64,000 nucleotides of DNA from the NCBI GenBank assembly GCA_963765815.1, contig CAVXXT010000005.1:150238-214237 (forward strand), in the 5' to 3' direction. The notes under the pieces are model-generated. The model was not told the DNA's origin. It was given only the letters and a program-made list of their open reading frames with translations, and searched no databases. Of this stretch, positions 40,200 to 48,408 are shown piece after piece (the first letter of the stretch is position 1; each line of letters starts with the position of its first letter). A program made the translations under genes and the position numbers. Origin of the DNA: an uncultured Actinomycetota bacterium. Lineage in GTDB: Bacteria; Actinomycetota; Actinomycetes; BP-191.

Positions 40200-41675
40200 A
40201 TGGCGGAGACCTCTGTGCGCACGTACGACGTGCGCACGTACGGCTGCCAGATGAACGTGCACGACTCGGAGCGGATCTCCGGCTTGCTCGAGAGCGCCGG
40301 CTATCAGCGAGCGGCTGAGGGCGCTGACCCCGACGTCGTCGTCTTCAACACCTGCGCCGTCCGCGAGAACGCCGACAACAAGCTGTACGGCAACCTCGGC
40401 CACCTGCTGCCTGTGAAGAAGGCCCACCCCGGCATGCAGATCGCGGTCGGCGGCTGCCTCGCGCAGAAGGACCAGGGCACGATCGTCGAGCGCGCGCCGT
40501 GGGTCGACGTCGTCTTCGGGACCTACAACATCGGGTCGCTGCCGGCGCTCCTCGAGCGGGCCCGGCACAACGAGGAAGCCCAGGTCGAGATCCACGAGGC
40601 GCTCGAGGTCTTCCCGAGCTCGCTGCCGACGCGGCGCGACTCGACGTACGCCGCCTGGGTGTCGATCAGCGTCGGCTGCAACAACACGTGCACGTTCTGC
40701 ATCGTGCCGAGCCTGCGCGGCAAGGAGCGCAACCGCCCGGCCGGCGACATCCTCGGCGAGGTGCAGGCGCTGGTCGCGCAGGGCGTCCTCGAGGTCACGC
40801 TGCTCGGCCAGAACGTCAACAGCTACGGCTCCGACCTCGGCGATCGCGCGGCGTTCAGCAAGCTGCTGCGTGCCTGCGGTGACGTCGACGGGCTGGAGCG
40901 CGTGCGGTTCACCTCGCCGCACCCGAAGGACTTCACCCACGACGTGATCGAGGCGATGGCCGAGACACCCAACGTGATGCCGCAGCTGCACATGCCGCTG
41001 CAGTCCGGCTCCAGCGAGGTCCTCCGCCGGATGCAGCGCTCCTACCGCCAGGAGCGCTTCCTCCAGATCGTGCGCGACGTGCGCGACGCGATGCCCAACG
41101 CCGCGATCACCACCGACATCATCGTCGGCTTCCCGGGCGAGACCGACGACGACTTCGAGCAGACCCTGCACGTCGTGCGCGAGGCAGGGTTCGCGTCGGC
41201 GTACACCTTCCAGTACTCGATCCGACCCGGTACGCCGGCCGCCACGATGCCTGATCAGATCCCTCGGCAGGTCGTGCAGGAGCGATACGAGCGGCTGGTC
41301 GAGCTGCAGGAGCAGGTCTCCTGGGACTCCAACAAGTCCCAGGTCGGCCGCACCGTCGAGGTGCTGGTCGCCGAGGGCGAGGGCCGCAAGGACGGCGCGA
41401 CGCACCGGCTCTCCGGTCGCGCGCGGGACAACCGGCTCGTCCACTTCGCCGCGCCGTCCGACCCGTCGTCGATCCGCCCGGGCGATGTGGTCGAAGCCGT
41501 CGTCACGTACGCCGCCCCGCACCACCTGATCGCCGACGGACCGCTGCTGTCTCACCGGCGCACCCGGGCGGGCGACGTGTGGGAGTCGCGGCTCGACTCC
41601 TGCGGCACGCCGGCCGGCGCGACCGCACCGGTCGCGGTGTCGCTCGGCATGCCCCTCGTCCGCCCCATGGGCTGA
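40200..41675 (+). CDS. miaB: tRNA methylthiotransferase MiaB
   Basis: [36 protein letters not shown] and a TRAM domain. Confidence 0.97.
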   Translation: MAETSVRTYDVRTYGCQMNVHDSERISGLLESAGYQRAAEGADPDVVVFNTCAVRENADNKLYGNLGHLLPVKKAHPGMQIAVGGCLAQKDQGTIVERAPWVDVVFGTYNIGSLPALLERARHNEEAQVEIHEALEVFPSSLPTRRDSTYAAWVSISVGCNNTCTFCIVPSLRGKERNRPAGDILGEVQALVAQGVLEVTLLGQNVNSYGSDLGDRAAFSKLLRACGDVDGLERVRFTSPHPKDFTHDVIEAMAETPNVMPQLHMPLQSGSSEVLRRMQRSYRQERFLQIVRDVRDAMPNAAITTDIIVGFPGETDDDFEQTLHVVREAGFASAYTFQYSIRPGTPAATMPDQIPRQVVQERYERLVELQEQVSWDSNKSQVGRTVEVLVAEGEGRKDGATHRLSGRARDNRLVHFAAPSDPSSIRPGDVVEAVVTYAAPHHLIADGPLLSHRRTRAGDVWESRLDSCGTPAGATAPVAVSLGMPLVRPMG

Positions 41676-41676
41676 C

Positions 41677-42372
41677 GTGTCCCTCGTCGCGGCCGCGGTC
41701 TGCCCGCACCCGCCGCTCCTGGTGCCCGAGGTCGCGTCGGGTGCGGCTCCGGAGCTGGACAGCCTCCGGATCGCCTGTGTCGCAGCCGTCGAGACGCTGC
41801 GCACGGCAAGGCCTGACCTGCTCGTCGTCGTCGGTCGCGGGCCCGAGACCCGCTACTACGCCTCGGGGTCGCGCGGATCCCTCGCCGGCTTCGGCGTGCC
41901 GGCCGAGCTGCGGCTCGGCGCTGGCGAGGGCGAGGGCGACGCCATGCTTCCGCTGTCGCTCACCGTCGGCGCGTGGCTGCTCCGCGAGGCCGAGTACGAC
42001 GGCGCCGTGGTGGGCCTCGCCGTCGACGGACGTGACACCTCCGCCGGACTCGACCTGGCGGTGAAGCACGACCGGCTCGCGATGCTGGTGATGGGCGACG
42101 GCAGCGCCCGTCGTACGCCGAAGGCCCCGGGTGCGTTCGACGACCGCGCCGAGCCGTTCGACCGGGCCGTCGCGAGCGCGCTGGCGAACGCAGATGTCGA
42201 CGCGGTGCTCTCCCTCGACGAGACGCTCGCTGACGAGCTGATGGTCGCCGGGCTGCCGGCCTGGCAGGTGCTCGCCCGCGCGGCAGGCGACGTCGGCCCG
42301 TGGCGGGGAGAGGTGACGTACGACGACGCGCCGTACGGCGTCGGCTACCTCGTGGCCTCCTGGCAGCGATGA
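41677..42372 (+). CDS. Class III extradiol dioxygenase subunit B-like protein
   Basis: AAVCPHPPLLVPE, MGDGSARR..KAPG.FD and APYGVGY; sits between miaB and miaA. Confidence 0.8.
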   Translation: MSLVAAAVCPHPPLLVPEVASGAAPELDSLRIACVAAVETLRTARPDLLVVVGRGPETRYYASGSRGSLAGFGVPAELRLGAGEGEGDAMLPLSLTVGAWLLREAEYDGAVVGLAVDGRDTSAGLDLAVKHDRLAMLVMGDGSARRTPKAPGAFDDRAEPFDRAVASALANADVDAVLSLDETLADELMVAGLPAWQVLARAAGDVGPWRGEVTYDDAPYGVGYLVASWQR

Positions 42373-42379
42373 CACGCCG

Positions 42380-43285
42380 ATGACAGCGCGGGTGATCGCG
42401 GTCGTCGGCCCCACCGCGGTCGGCAAGTCGGCCGCCGGCATCGCGATCGCGCAGGCGGTCGGCGGTGAGGTCGTCAACGCCGACTCGATGCAGCTCTACC
42501 GCGGCATGGACGTCGGCACTGCCAAGCTCACGACCGCGGAGCAGCAAGGCGTCCCGCACCACCTCCTCGACGTGCTCGACGTCCGCGAGACGTCGACCGT
42601 CGCCGGCTACCAGGCGATGGCGCGACGCACGATCGACGAGCTGATCGCGCGCGGCGTCACGCCGGTGCTGGTCGGGGGCAGCGGCCTGTACGTGCAGGCG
42701 ACCGTCGACGACCTCACGTTCCCGGCAACCGATGCCGACGTCCGGGCCGCGCTCGAGGCCGAGCTCGACGAGGTCGGCCCCGGTGCTCTGCACGCGCGGC
42801 TCGTCGAGGCCGACCCCGAGGCGGCCGCGAAGATCCACCCGAGCAACGGCCGTCGTACCGTGCGCGCGCTCGAGGTCATCGCTCTCACCGGCGAGCCCTA
42901 CAGCGCGAGCGGACCCGGGATGACGGCGTACCGCGCCCACTACGACGCGACGATGGTCGGCCTCGACCTCGACACCGACTCCCTCGACGCGCGGATCGAG
43001 CACCGGGTCGACCACATGTGGGAGCAGGGCCTGGTCGACGAGGTACGCCGCCTGGAGGCCGACGGCCTGCGCGAGGGCGTCACCGCCAGTCGCGCGCTCG
43101 GCTACGCGCAGGTGCTCGCGCACCTGTCCGGCGAGTACGACGAGCGCACCGCGCGCGACCGGACCGTCCAGGCGACGCGACGGTTCGTCCGCCGTCAGCG
43201 GTCGTGGTTCCGCCGCGATCAGCGGATCACCTGGGTCGCCCCGGGTGACGACGTCATAGCGGCAGCGACGTGGTCATCAAGATGA
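42380..43285 (+). CDS. miaA: tRNA dimethylallyltransferase
   Basis: GPTAVGKS, NADSMQLYRGMDVGTAK, VGGSGLY and RRQRSWFR. Confidence 0.97.
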   Translation: MTARVIAVVGPTAVGKSAAGIAIAQAVGGEVVNADSMQLYRGMDVGTAKLTTAEQQGVPHHLLDVLDVRETSTVAGYQAMARRTIDELIARGVTPVLVGGSGLYVQATVDDLTFPATDADVRAALEAELDEVGPGALHARLVEADPEAAAKIHPSNGRRTVRALEVIALTGEPYSASGPGMTAYRAHYDATMVGLDLDTDSLDARIEHRVDHMWEQGLVDEVRRLEADGLREGVTASRALGYAQVLAHLSGEYDERTARDRTVQATRRFVRRQRSWFRRDQRITWVAPGDDVIAAATWSSR

Positions 43286-43333
43286 CCCAATCGGGCCATA
43301 CCGGACCCCGATCGCCCGGAACAGACTGCGGCT

Positions 43334-44146
43334 ATGACGATGTTCGAGACCGACCTCATCTCGGCCCTGCAGCACGCCCTCCAGGCGGAGCAGTTCCGGC
43401 TCCTGTACCAGCCCCAGGTGGACCTCGCGAGCGGTGAGGTGCTTGGCCTCGAGGCGCTGATCCGGTGGCAGCACCCGGAGCGCGGGCTGCTCGAGCCCCG
43501 CGAGTTCCTGCCGACGGCCGTCAGCAGCGAGCTCATCGTCAACATCGGCCAGTTCGTCCTCACCGAGGCCTGCCGCGAGGTCGCCAACTGGCACTCGCTG
43601 TTCACGCCCGGCTACACGCGCAAGAAGGAGATGTGGGTCAACGTCGCCGCCGTCGAGCTGATGCAGCCCGACTTCGTCGAGTGGTGCGGCGCGCTGATGG
43701 ACTCCGCCTCGATCGACGCCGGCGTACTCGGCCTGGAGATCTCCGAAGCCGACCTGATCGCCCACAGCGACGAGCTCCGTGCCGTGCTCATCGCGCTGAA
43801 GGAGATCGGCGTCATGCTCGCCGTCGACGACTTCGGCACCTGGTACTCGTCGCTGTCCGGCATCCGCAACCTGCCGATCGACGCGGTGAAACTCGGTCAC
43901 CAGTTCGTCCGCGGGGTCGGCCACGACCTCGACGAGGACGGCGTCGTCGCCGCCGTCATCGCGCTGGCGCACGCGCGCGGCCTGACCGTCGTCGCCGAGG
44001 GCGTCGAGAGCTGGACCGAGGGCGCGCGCCTGTGCGACATGGGCTGCGACCGGGCGCACGGCTACCTGTTCAGCGGACCGCAGCGCGCCGACCAGGCCCG
44101 CTGGATGCTCACCCGCGGCACCGGCTGGCACATCCCCACCCAGTAA
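43334..44146 (+). CDS. Stand-alone EAL domain protein (putative c-di-GMP phosphodiesterase)
   Basis: YQPQVDL, EALIRWQHP, DDFGTWYSS, VAEGVE and HGYLFS. Confidence 0.9.
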   Translation: MTMFETDLISALQHALQAEQFRLLYQPQVDLASGEVLGLEALIRWQHPERGLLEPREFLPTAVSSELIVNIGQFVLTEACREVANWHSLFTPGYTRKKEMWVNVAAVELMQPDFVEWCGALMDSASIDAGVLGLEISEADLIAHSDELRAVLIALKEIGVMLAVDDFGTWYSSLSGIRNLPIDAVKLGHQFVRGVGHDLDEDGVVAAVIALAHARGLTVVAEGVESWTEGARLCDMGCDRAHGYLFSGPQRADQARWMLTRGTGWHIPTQ

Positions 44147-44169
44147 CCCTCCCCGGCCGGCTGGCTGGC

Positions 44170-44211
44170 CGTGGAGCGAAACTCGACCTGACTGCCGGTT
44201 ATTGCTCCACG
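44170..44211. repeat. REP-like palindrome, family B, at the 3' end of the DUF559-like gene
   Basis: CGTGGAGCG-N24-TGCTCCACG; overlaps the gene's stop codon. Confidence 0.75.
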
Positions 44212-45089
44212 CCCAGGGCGCGGCGAACCTGATCGGCGACCTTGGCGGGCTCACGCCTGAGCTGCCGGCTGGTGAACCGGAGGGGCAGCAGCCGACAGCC
44301 GATCGAGATCTCGTTCATCCGTGACAGGTCCGCCTCCCAGTCCTGGATGGCGAAGTGGCAGATCCGGCCGTCGATCTCCACGTAGTAGCCGTGCTCCGGA
44401 TAGCCGAGATCGGCGTAGCGGGTCACGCCGTCGTCGCACAACAAGGGGACGTTGCGCTCCGGCTCCGGCAGCCGGAACCGGCGTACGACGCGGATGTAGT
44501 CGATCTCCGGCATCGACCGCGATCCGAGGCAGATGTGGGTGAGCAGCTCTTCGAGCCGGATCGATCGCAGCCCGAGGTGCTCGGCCATCTGCACCAGGCG
44601 GGGGCCGTTGGTTTGGCCCTGCTGCACCACGCCGGTGATGAAGGCCTCCGCATCGGTCCACGACCGCTTGGCCATGGCGTGCTCCAGCACCGCGCGCTCG
44701 AGGCGCAGCACCAGGACGCCGTCCAGCGTCGCCGTGCATCGATCACAGAGGTGGCGGGTCCGATGAGCTGTGAGCGCACCGGTTGCCCGAAGCCGTTGGT
44801 CGACGGTCGTGACGACCTCGAGAGCGCCGGGTCCGGCGGAAGCGAGGCCGTGCCACCACACTGCCGACCTTCCGGCGAGTGCGGCGGTGGGAGCGCTCGC
44901 TGCCAGCGCCTTTGCTCTGGTCCGAGCGTTGGCGTCCGGCCGCACGTAGAGCCCTCGGCGAAGTCGTTCCCACTGCCGCCGCGCCACTCGAGTGCACGCT
45001 ACGTCGCTCGTCACGCCGTGCCGACGGCAGTCGGCAACGTCGATCCAGCCACGGCGGTCGAGCAGGCGCTCGAGTTCCACGATCCCCAT
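44199..45089 (-). CDS. AbiEi-like wHTH plus DUF559/Vsr-like PD-(D/E)XK nuclease-domain protein
   Basis: N-terminal WERLRRGLY, ALAGRSA and GSRSMPE; C-terminal LPEPERN...ADLGY....VEIDG..H...D..R.N.....LRFT; atypical codon usage; start uncertain. Confidence 0.8.
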   Translation of the reverse strand: MGIVELERLLDRRGWIDVADCRRHGVTSDVACTRVARRQWERLRRGLYVRPDANARTRAKALAASAPTAALAGRSAVWWHGLASAGPGALEVVTTVDQRLRATGALTAHRTRHLCDRCTATLDGVLVLRLERAVLEHAMAKRSWTDAEAFITGVVQQGQTNGPRLVQMAEHLGLRSIRLEELLTHICLGSRSMPEIDYIRVVRRFRLPEPERNVPLLCDDGVTRYADLGYPEHGYYVEIDGRICHFAIQDWEADLSRMNEISIGCRLLPLRFTSRQLRREPAKVADQVRRALGVEQ

Positions 45090-45152
45090 CCGTCGAGGGT
45101 GCGGTGGCGGCATGGCCGCGCGGCGGCCGAACGGCGAGGCTGTGGACCGGCG

Positions 45153-45198
45153 GGTGTGGAGCGTTAGCCGGCGTGGGCGCCGGATATCGCTCCACACC
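45153..45198. repeat. REP-like palindrome, family B, upstream of the DUF559-like gene
   Basis: GGTGTGGAGCG-N24-CGCTCCACACC with perfect 11-bp arms. Confidence 0.8.
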
Positions 45199-45233
45199 AG
45201 GGCCAGCTGGGCGCGGCGCCTACGATCGTCGGC

Positions 45234-46076
45234 GTGAGGTTCACCAAGGGACACGGCACGGCGAACGACTTCGTGCTCATCGACGACGTCGACGGCCGGC
45301 TGGCGCTCACCGACGCCGCGGTTGCCGCGATCTGCGACCGCCGTCGCGGCGTCGGCGCCGACGGCATCCTGCGGGTGGTCCGCACGAGGTACGTCGAGGG
45401 CTGGGCGCAGGACGCCGACTCAGCCGAGTGGTTCATGGACTACCGCAACGCCGACGGCGGGGCGGTCGAGATGTGCGGCAACGGCATCCGGGTCTTCGCC
45501 CGCTACCTCGCGGACCGTGGGCTCGTCACCGGCAGCGAGCTCAGCATCGGCACGCGCGACGGCGTGAAGACGGTCTGGCTCACCGACGGCGGCCAGGTCA
45601 CCGTCGACATGGGCCAGGCACGCGACACCGAGCTGCTGCCCGACGACGGCGTCTTCGTCTCCATGGGCAACCCGCACGTCGTGCTCTTCGCCGACGACCT
45701 CGCCACCGCACCGGTCGAGGAGGTCGGCCGGCGGATCGAGCAGGAGTGGGACGGCGGCACCAACGTCGAGTTCGTCCGCGTAGTCGACCGCTCCGCGATC
45801 GGCATGCGGGTCTGGGAGCGCGGCGTCGGCGAGACGATGTCCTGCGGCACCGGCGCCTGCGCCAGCGCGGTCGCAGCCAGCCTGCGCGGCTACGCCGACC
45901 GCATCGTCGACGTATCGCTGCCGGGCGGCACGCTGGCCGTCGAGTGGACCGAGTCAGGCGCCGTCCTGCTCACGGGTCCCGCAGTCCTGGCGTACGACGG
46001 GGAGCTCCGACCCGAGTGGCTGTCCGCGACCGACCTCACCATCGCCGATCGCGAAGCAGAGAAGGAGAACGCATGA
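45234..46076 (+). CDS. dapF: Diaminopimelate epimerase
   Basis: FTKGHGTANDF, EMCGNG, MGNPH and ERGVGETMSCGTG. Confidence 0.96.
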   Translation: MRFTKGHGTANDFVLIDDVDGRLALTDAAVAAICDRRRGVGADGILRVVRTRYVEGWAQDADSAEWFMDYRNADGGAVEMCGNGIRVFARYLADRGLVTGSELSIGTRDGVKTVWLTDGGQVTVDMGQARDTELLPDDGVFVSMGNPHVVLFADDLATAPVEEVGRRIEQEWDGGTNVEFVRVVDRSAIGMRVWERGVGETMSCGTGACASAVAASLRGYADRIVDVSLPGGTLAVEWTESGAVLLTGPAVLAYDGELRPEWLSATDLTIADREAEKENA

Positions 46077-46828
46077 CCGTCACGCCCGAAGAGGTCAGCG
46101 CGGCCGTCAAGAACGACATCGCGCGGCTCGGTGGCGGCTTCATGCTGAGCGACCAGGCGAAGGCCGCGGCGATGAGCGCGGGCACCGGCGGCTGGGCGCT
46201 CTACATGCTCGGCCGCGGCGGTGTCCTCGGCGAGGTGCACCCCGACGTCGTCGTCTCGGCGTTCCACTTCTTCCCGCCCGAGAGCGTGCACAAGGGCTGG
46301 ACCAAGGCGCGGGCGATCATCACGCCGGCCGGCGCGGTCGGGCTCTTCACCGGCGCCTGTCACGAGTGGGGCCGCCGGCACCTGGCCGAGGCCAAGGAGC
46401 TCGACCGCTTGGCGGTGCTGCTCGAGAAGGCGATGCAGGGTGCGCCGGTCGCCGGGGCGCCGCTCTTCGCCGGGTGGCGCGCCGTGCCGCTGCCGGACGA
46501 CGCCCCCGCCCGCGTCACGCAGCTCGCGCATGTGCTCCGCGAGTACCGCGGCGGCATCCACGGCGTCTGCTGTCTCGCCGCCGGCCTCACCCCCCTCGAG
46601 TCGGTGCTCACGTCCGGGGGAGAGGGCAACGCGAAGTTCTTCGGGTGGGCTGAGCCGTTTCCGGACGTGGCACATCTGAAGCCGACCCGCGACTACGCCG
46701 AGGCGATCACCGACTCCCGGGCCGCAGCCCCGTGGGCGGCGCTCGACGACGCCGAGCGCGCCGAGCTGCTCCCGCTCCTGGCCGCCGCCAGCGAGTGCGC
46801 CTTCGTCTCGATGTCCACGCCGGTCTGA
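46073..46828 (+). CDS. SCO6745-like conserved actinobacterial protein
   Basis: AAGGAG RBS and ATGA overlap; YMLGRGGVLG, PLFAGWRA and LREYRGGIH. Confidence 0.78.
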   Translation: MTVTPEEVSAAVKNDIARLGGGFMLSDQAKAAAMSAGTGGWALYMLGRGGVLGEVHPDVVVSAFHFFPPESVHKGWTKARAIITPAGAVGLFTGACHEWGRRHLAEAKELDRLAVLLEKAMQGAPVAGAPLFAGWRAVPLPDDAPARVTQLAHVLREYRGGIHGVCCLAAGLTPLESVLTSGGEGNAKFFGWAEPFPDVAHLKPTRDYAEAITDSRAAAPWAALDDAERAELLPLLAAASECAFVSMSTPV

Positions 46829-46882
46829 CCGAGGGACAAACCCAGGTGTACGCCGTACCGCGGGGTGGGATCATGAAGGCAG

Positions 46883-48328
46883 ATGACTGACCACCGCGGC
46901 TACGAGCCGAAAGAGGACGTCGAACCCACGGAAGGCGGGTTCGAGTTCCACGACATCGAGGGCGACGGCTACGACCTCGAGGACCGCCAGGCGCTCCGCC
47001 GGGTCGCCGGGCTCAGGACCGACCTCGAGGACATCAGCGAGGTCGAGTACCGCCAGCTCCGGCTCGAGCGGGTCGTCCTCGTCGGCGTGTGGACCGAGGG
47101 CAACAGCGACGACGCCGACAACTCCCTGGCCGAGCTGGCGGCACTCGCCGAGACCGCGGGCTCCGAGGTCCTCGACGCGCTGCTGCAGCGGAGAGGCCGG
47201 CCCGACCCGGCGACGTTCGTCGGCTCCGGCAAGGCCATCGAGCTGCGCGACGTCATCCTCGCGACCGGCGCCGACACGCTGATCTGCGACGGCGAGCTGA
47301 GCCCCGGCCAGCTGCGCAAGCTCGAGGACATCGTCAAGGTGAAGGTCATCGACCGCACCGCGCTGATCCTCGACATCTTCGCCCAGCACGCGACCAGCAA
47401 GGAGGGCAAGGCGCAGGTCGAGCTGGCGCAGATGTCCTACATGCTGCCGCGGCTGCGCGGCTGGGGTGAGTCGATGTCCCGCCAGGCCGGCGGTCGCGTC
47501 GCCGGCGGCGGCGGCATCGGCACGCGCGGCCCCGGCGAGACGAAGATCGAGACCGACCGCCGTCGCCTGCGCAACCGCATGAGCAAGCTCCGCAAGGAGA
47601 TCAAGGCGATGAGCACCGTGCGCGACACCAAGCGCCAGGAGCGCAAGCGCAACCTCGTGCCGAGCGTCGCGATCGCCGGCTACACCAACGCCGGCAAGTC
47701 CAGCCTGCTCAACCGGCTCACCGGCGCCGGCGTGCTCGTCGAGAACGCGCTCTTCGCCACCCTCGACCCGACGGTACGACGGTCGACGCTCCCTGACGGC
47801 CGGACCTTCACCCTCACCGACACCGTCGGCTTCGTCCGGCACCTGCCGCACCAGCTGGTCGAGGCGTTCAAGAGCACGCTCGAGGAGATCAGCCAGGCCG
47901 ACCTGATCCTGCACGTCGTCGACGGCAGCCACCCCGACCCGGAGTCGCAGATCGCGGCGGTGCGCGAGGTCTTCGGCGAGATCGGCGCGCGCGGCGTCCG
48001 CGAGGTCATCGTCGTCAACAAGGTCGACGCGGCCGACGAGGTGGTGCTGGGACGCCTGCGGAGGGTCGAGCGCAATGCGGTCTTCGTCAGCGCCAAGACC
48101 GGCGAGGGCCTCGACGAGCTGGTCGGGGCGATCGAGAACGACCTGCCTCGCCCGCTGGTCGAGATCGACGTCCTGCTGCCGTACAGCCGCGGCGACCTGG
48201 TCAGCCGGCTGCACACCGATGCCGAGCTGATCGGCGAGGAGCACACCGGCGAGGGCACCCGGGTGAAGGCCCGGGTGGCGCCGGCGCTGGCCGCCGAGCT
48301 CTCGGCGTACGCCGTCGAGCAGGTCTAG
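46883..48328 (+). CDS. hflX: GTPase HflX
   Basis: RGPGETKIE, GYTNAGKS, FATLDPT, DTVGF and NKVD. Confidence 0.97.
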   Translation: MTDHRGYEPKEDVEPTEGGFEFHDIEGDGYDLEDRQALRRVAGLRTDLEDISEVEYRQLRLERVVLVGVWTEGNSDDADNSLAELAALAETAGSEVLDALLQRRGRPDPATFVGSGKAIELRDVILATGADTLICDGELSPGQLRKLEDIVKVKVIDRTALILDIFAQHATSKEGKAQVELAQMSYMLPRLRGWGESMSRQAGGRVAGGGGIGTRGPGETKIETDRRRLRNRMSKLRKEIKAMSTVRDTKRQERKRNLVPSVAIAGYTNAGKSSLLNRLTGAGVLVENALFATLDPTVRRSTLPDGRTFTLTDTVGFVRHLPHQLVEAFKSTLEEISQADLILHVVDGSHPDPESQIAAVREVFGEIGARGVREVIVVNKVDAADEVVLGRLRRVERNAVFVSAKTGEGLDELVGAIENDLPRPLVEIDVLLPYSRGDLVSRLHTDAELIGEEHTGEGTRVKARVAPALAAELSAYAVEQV

Positions 48329-48408
48329 GTCCGACTAGGCGATCAGCCGTGCGGGAATAGGCCGTTCGCCGCAGGCGCTCGACGGCCCGGATCGTCGATA
48401 ATGACCAG

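Noticed and set aside
44199-45089. Complete type IV (AbiE) toxin-antitoxin or defence system
   Set aside because: There is no adjacent AbiEii nucleotidyltransferase or other partner gene.
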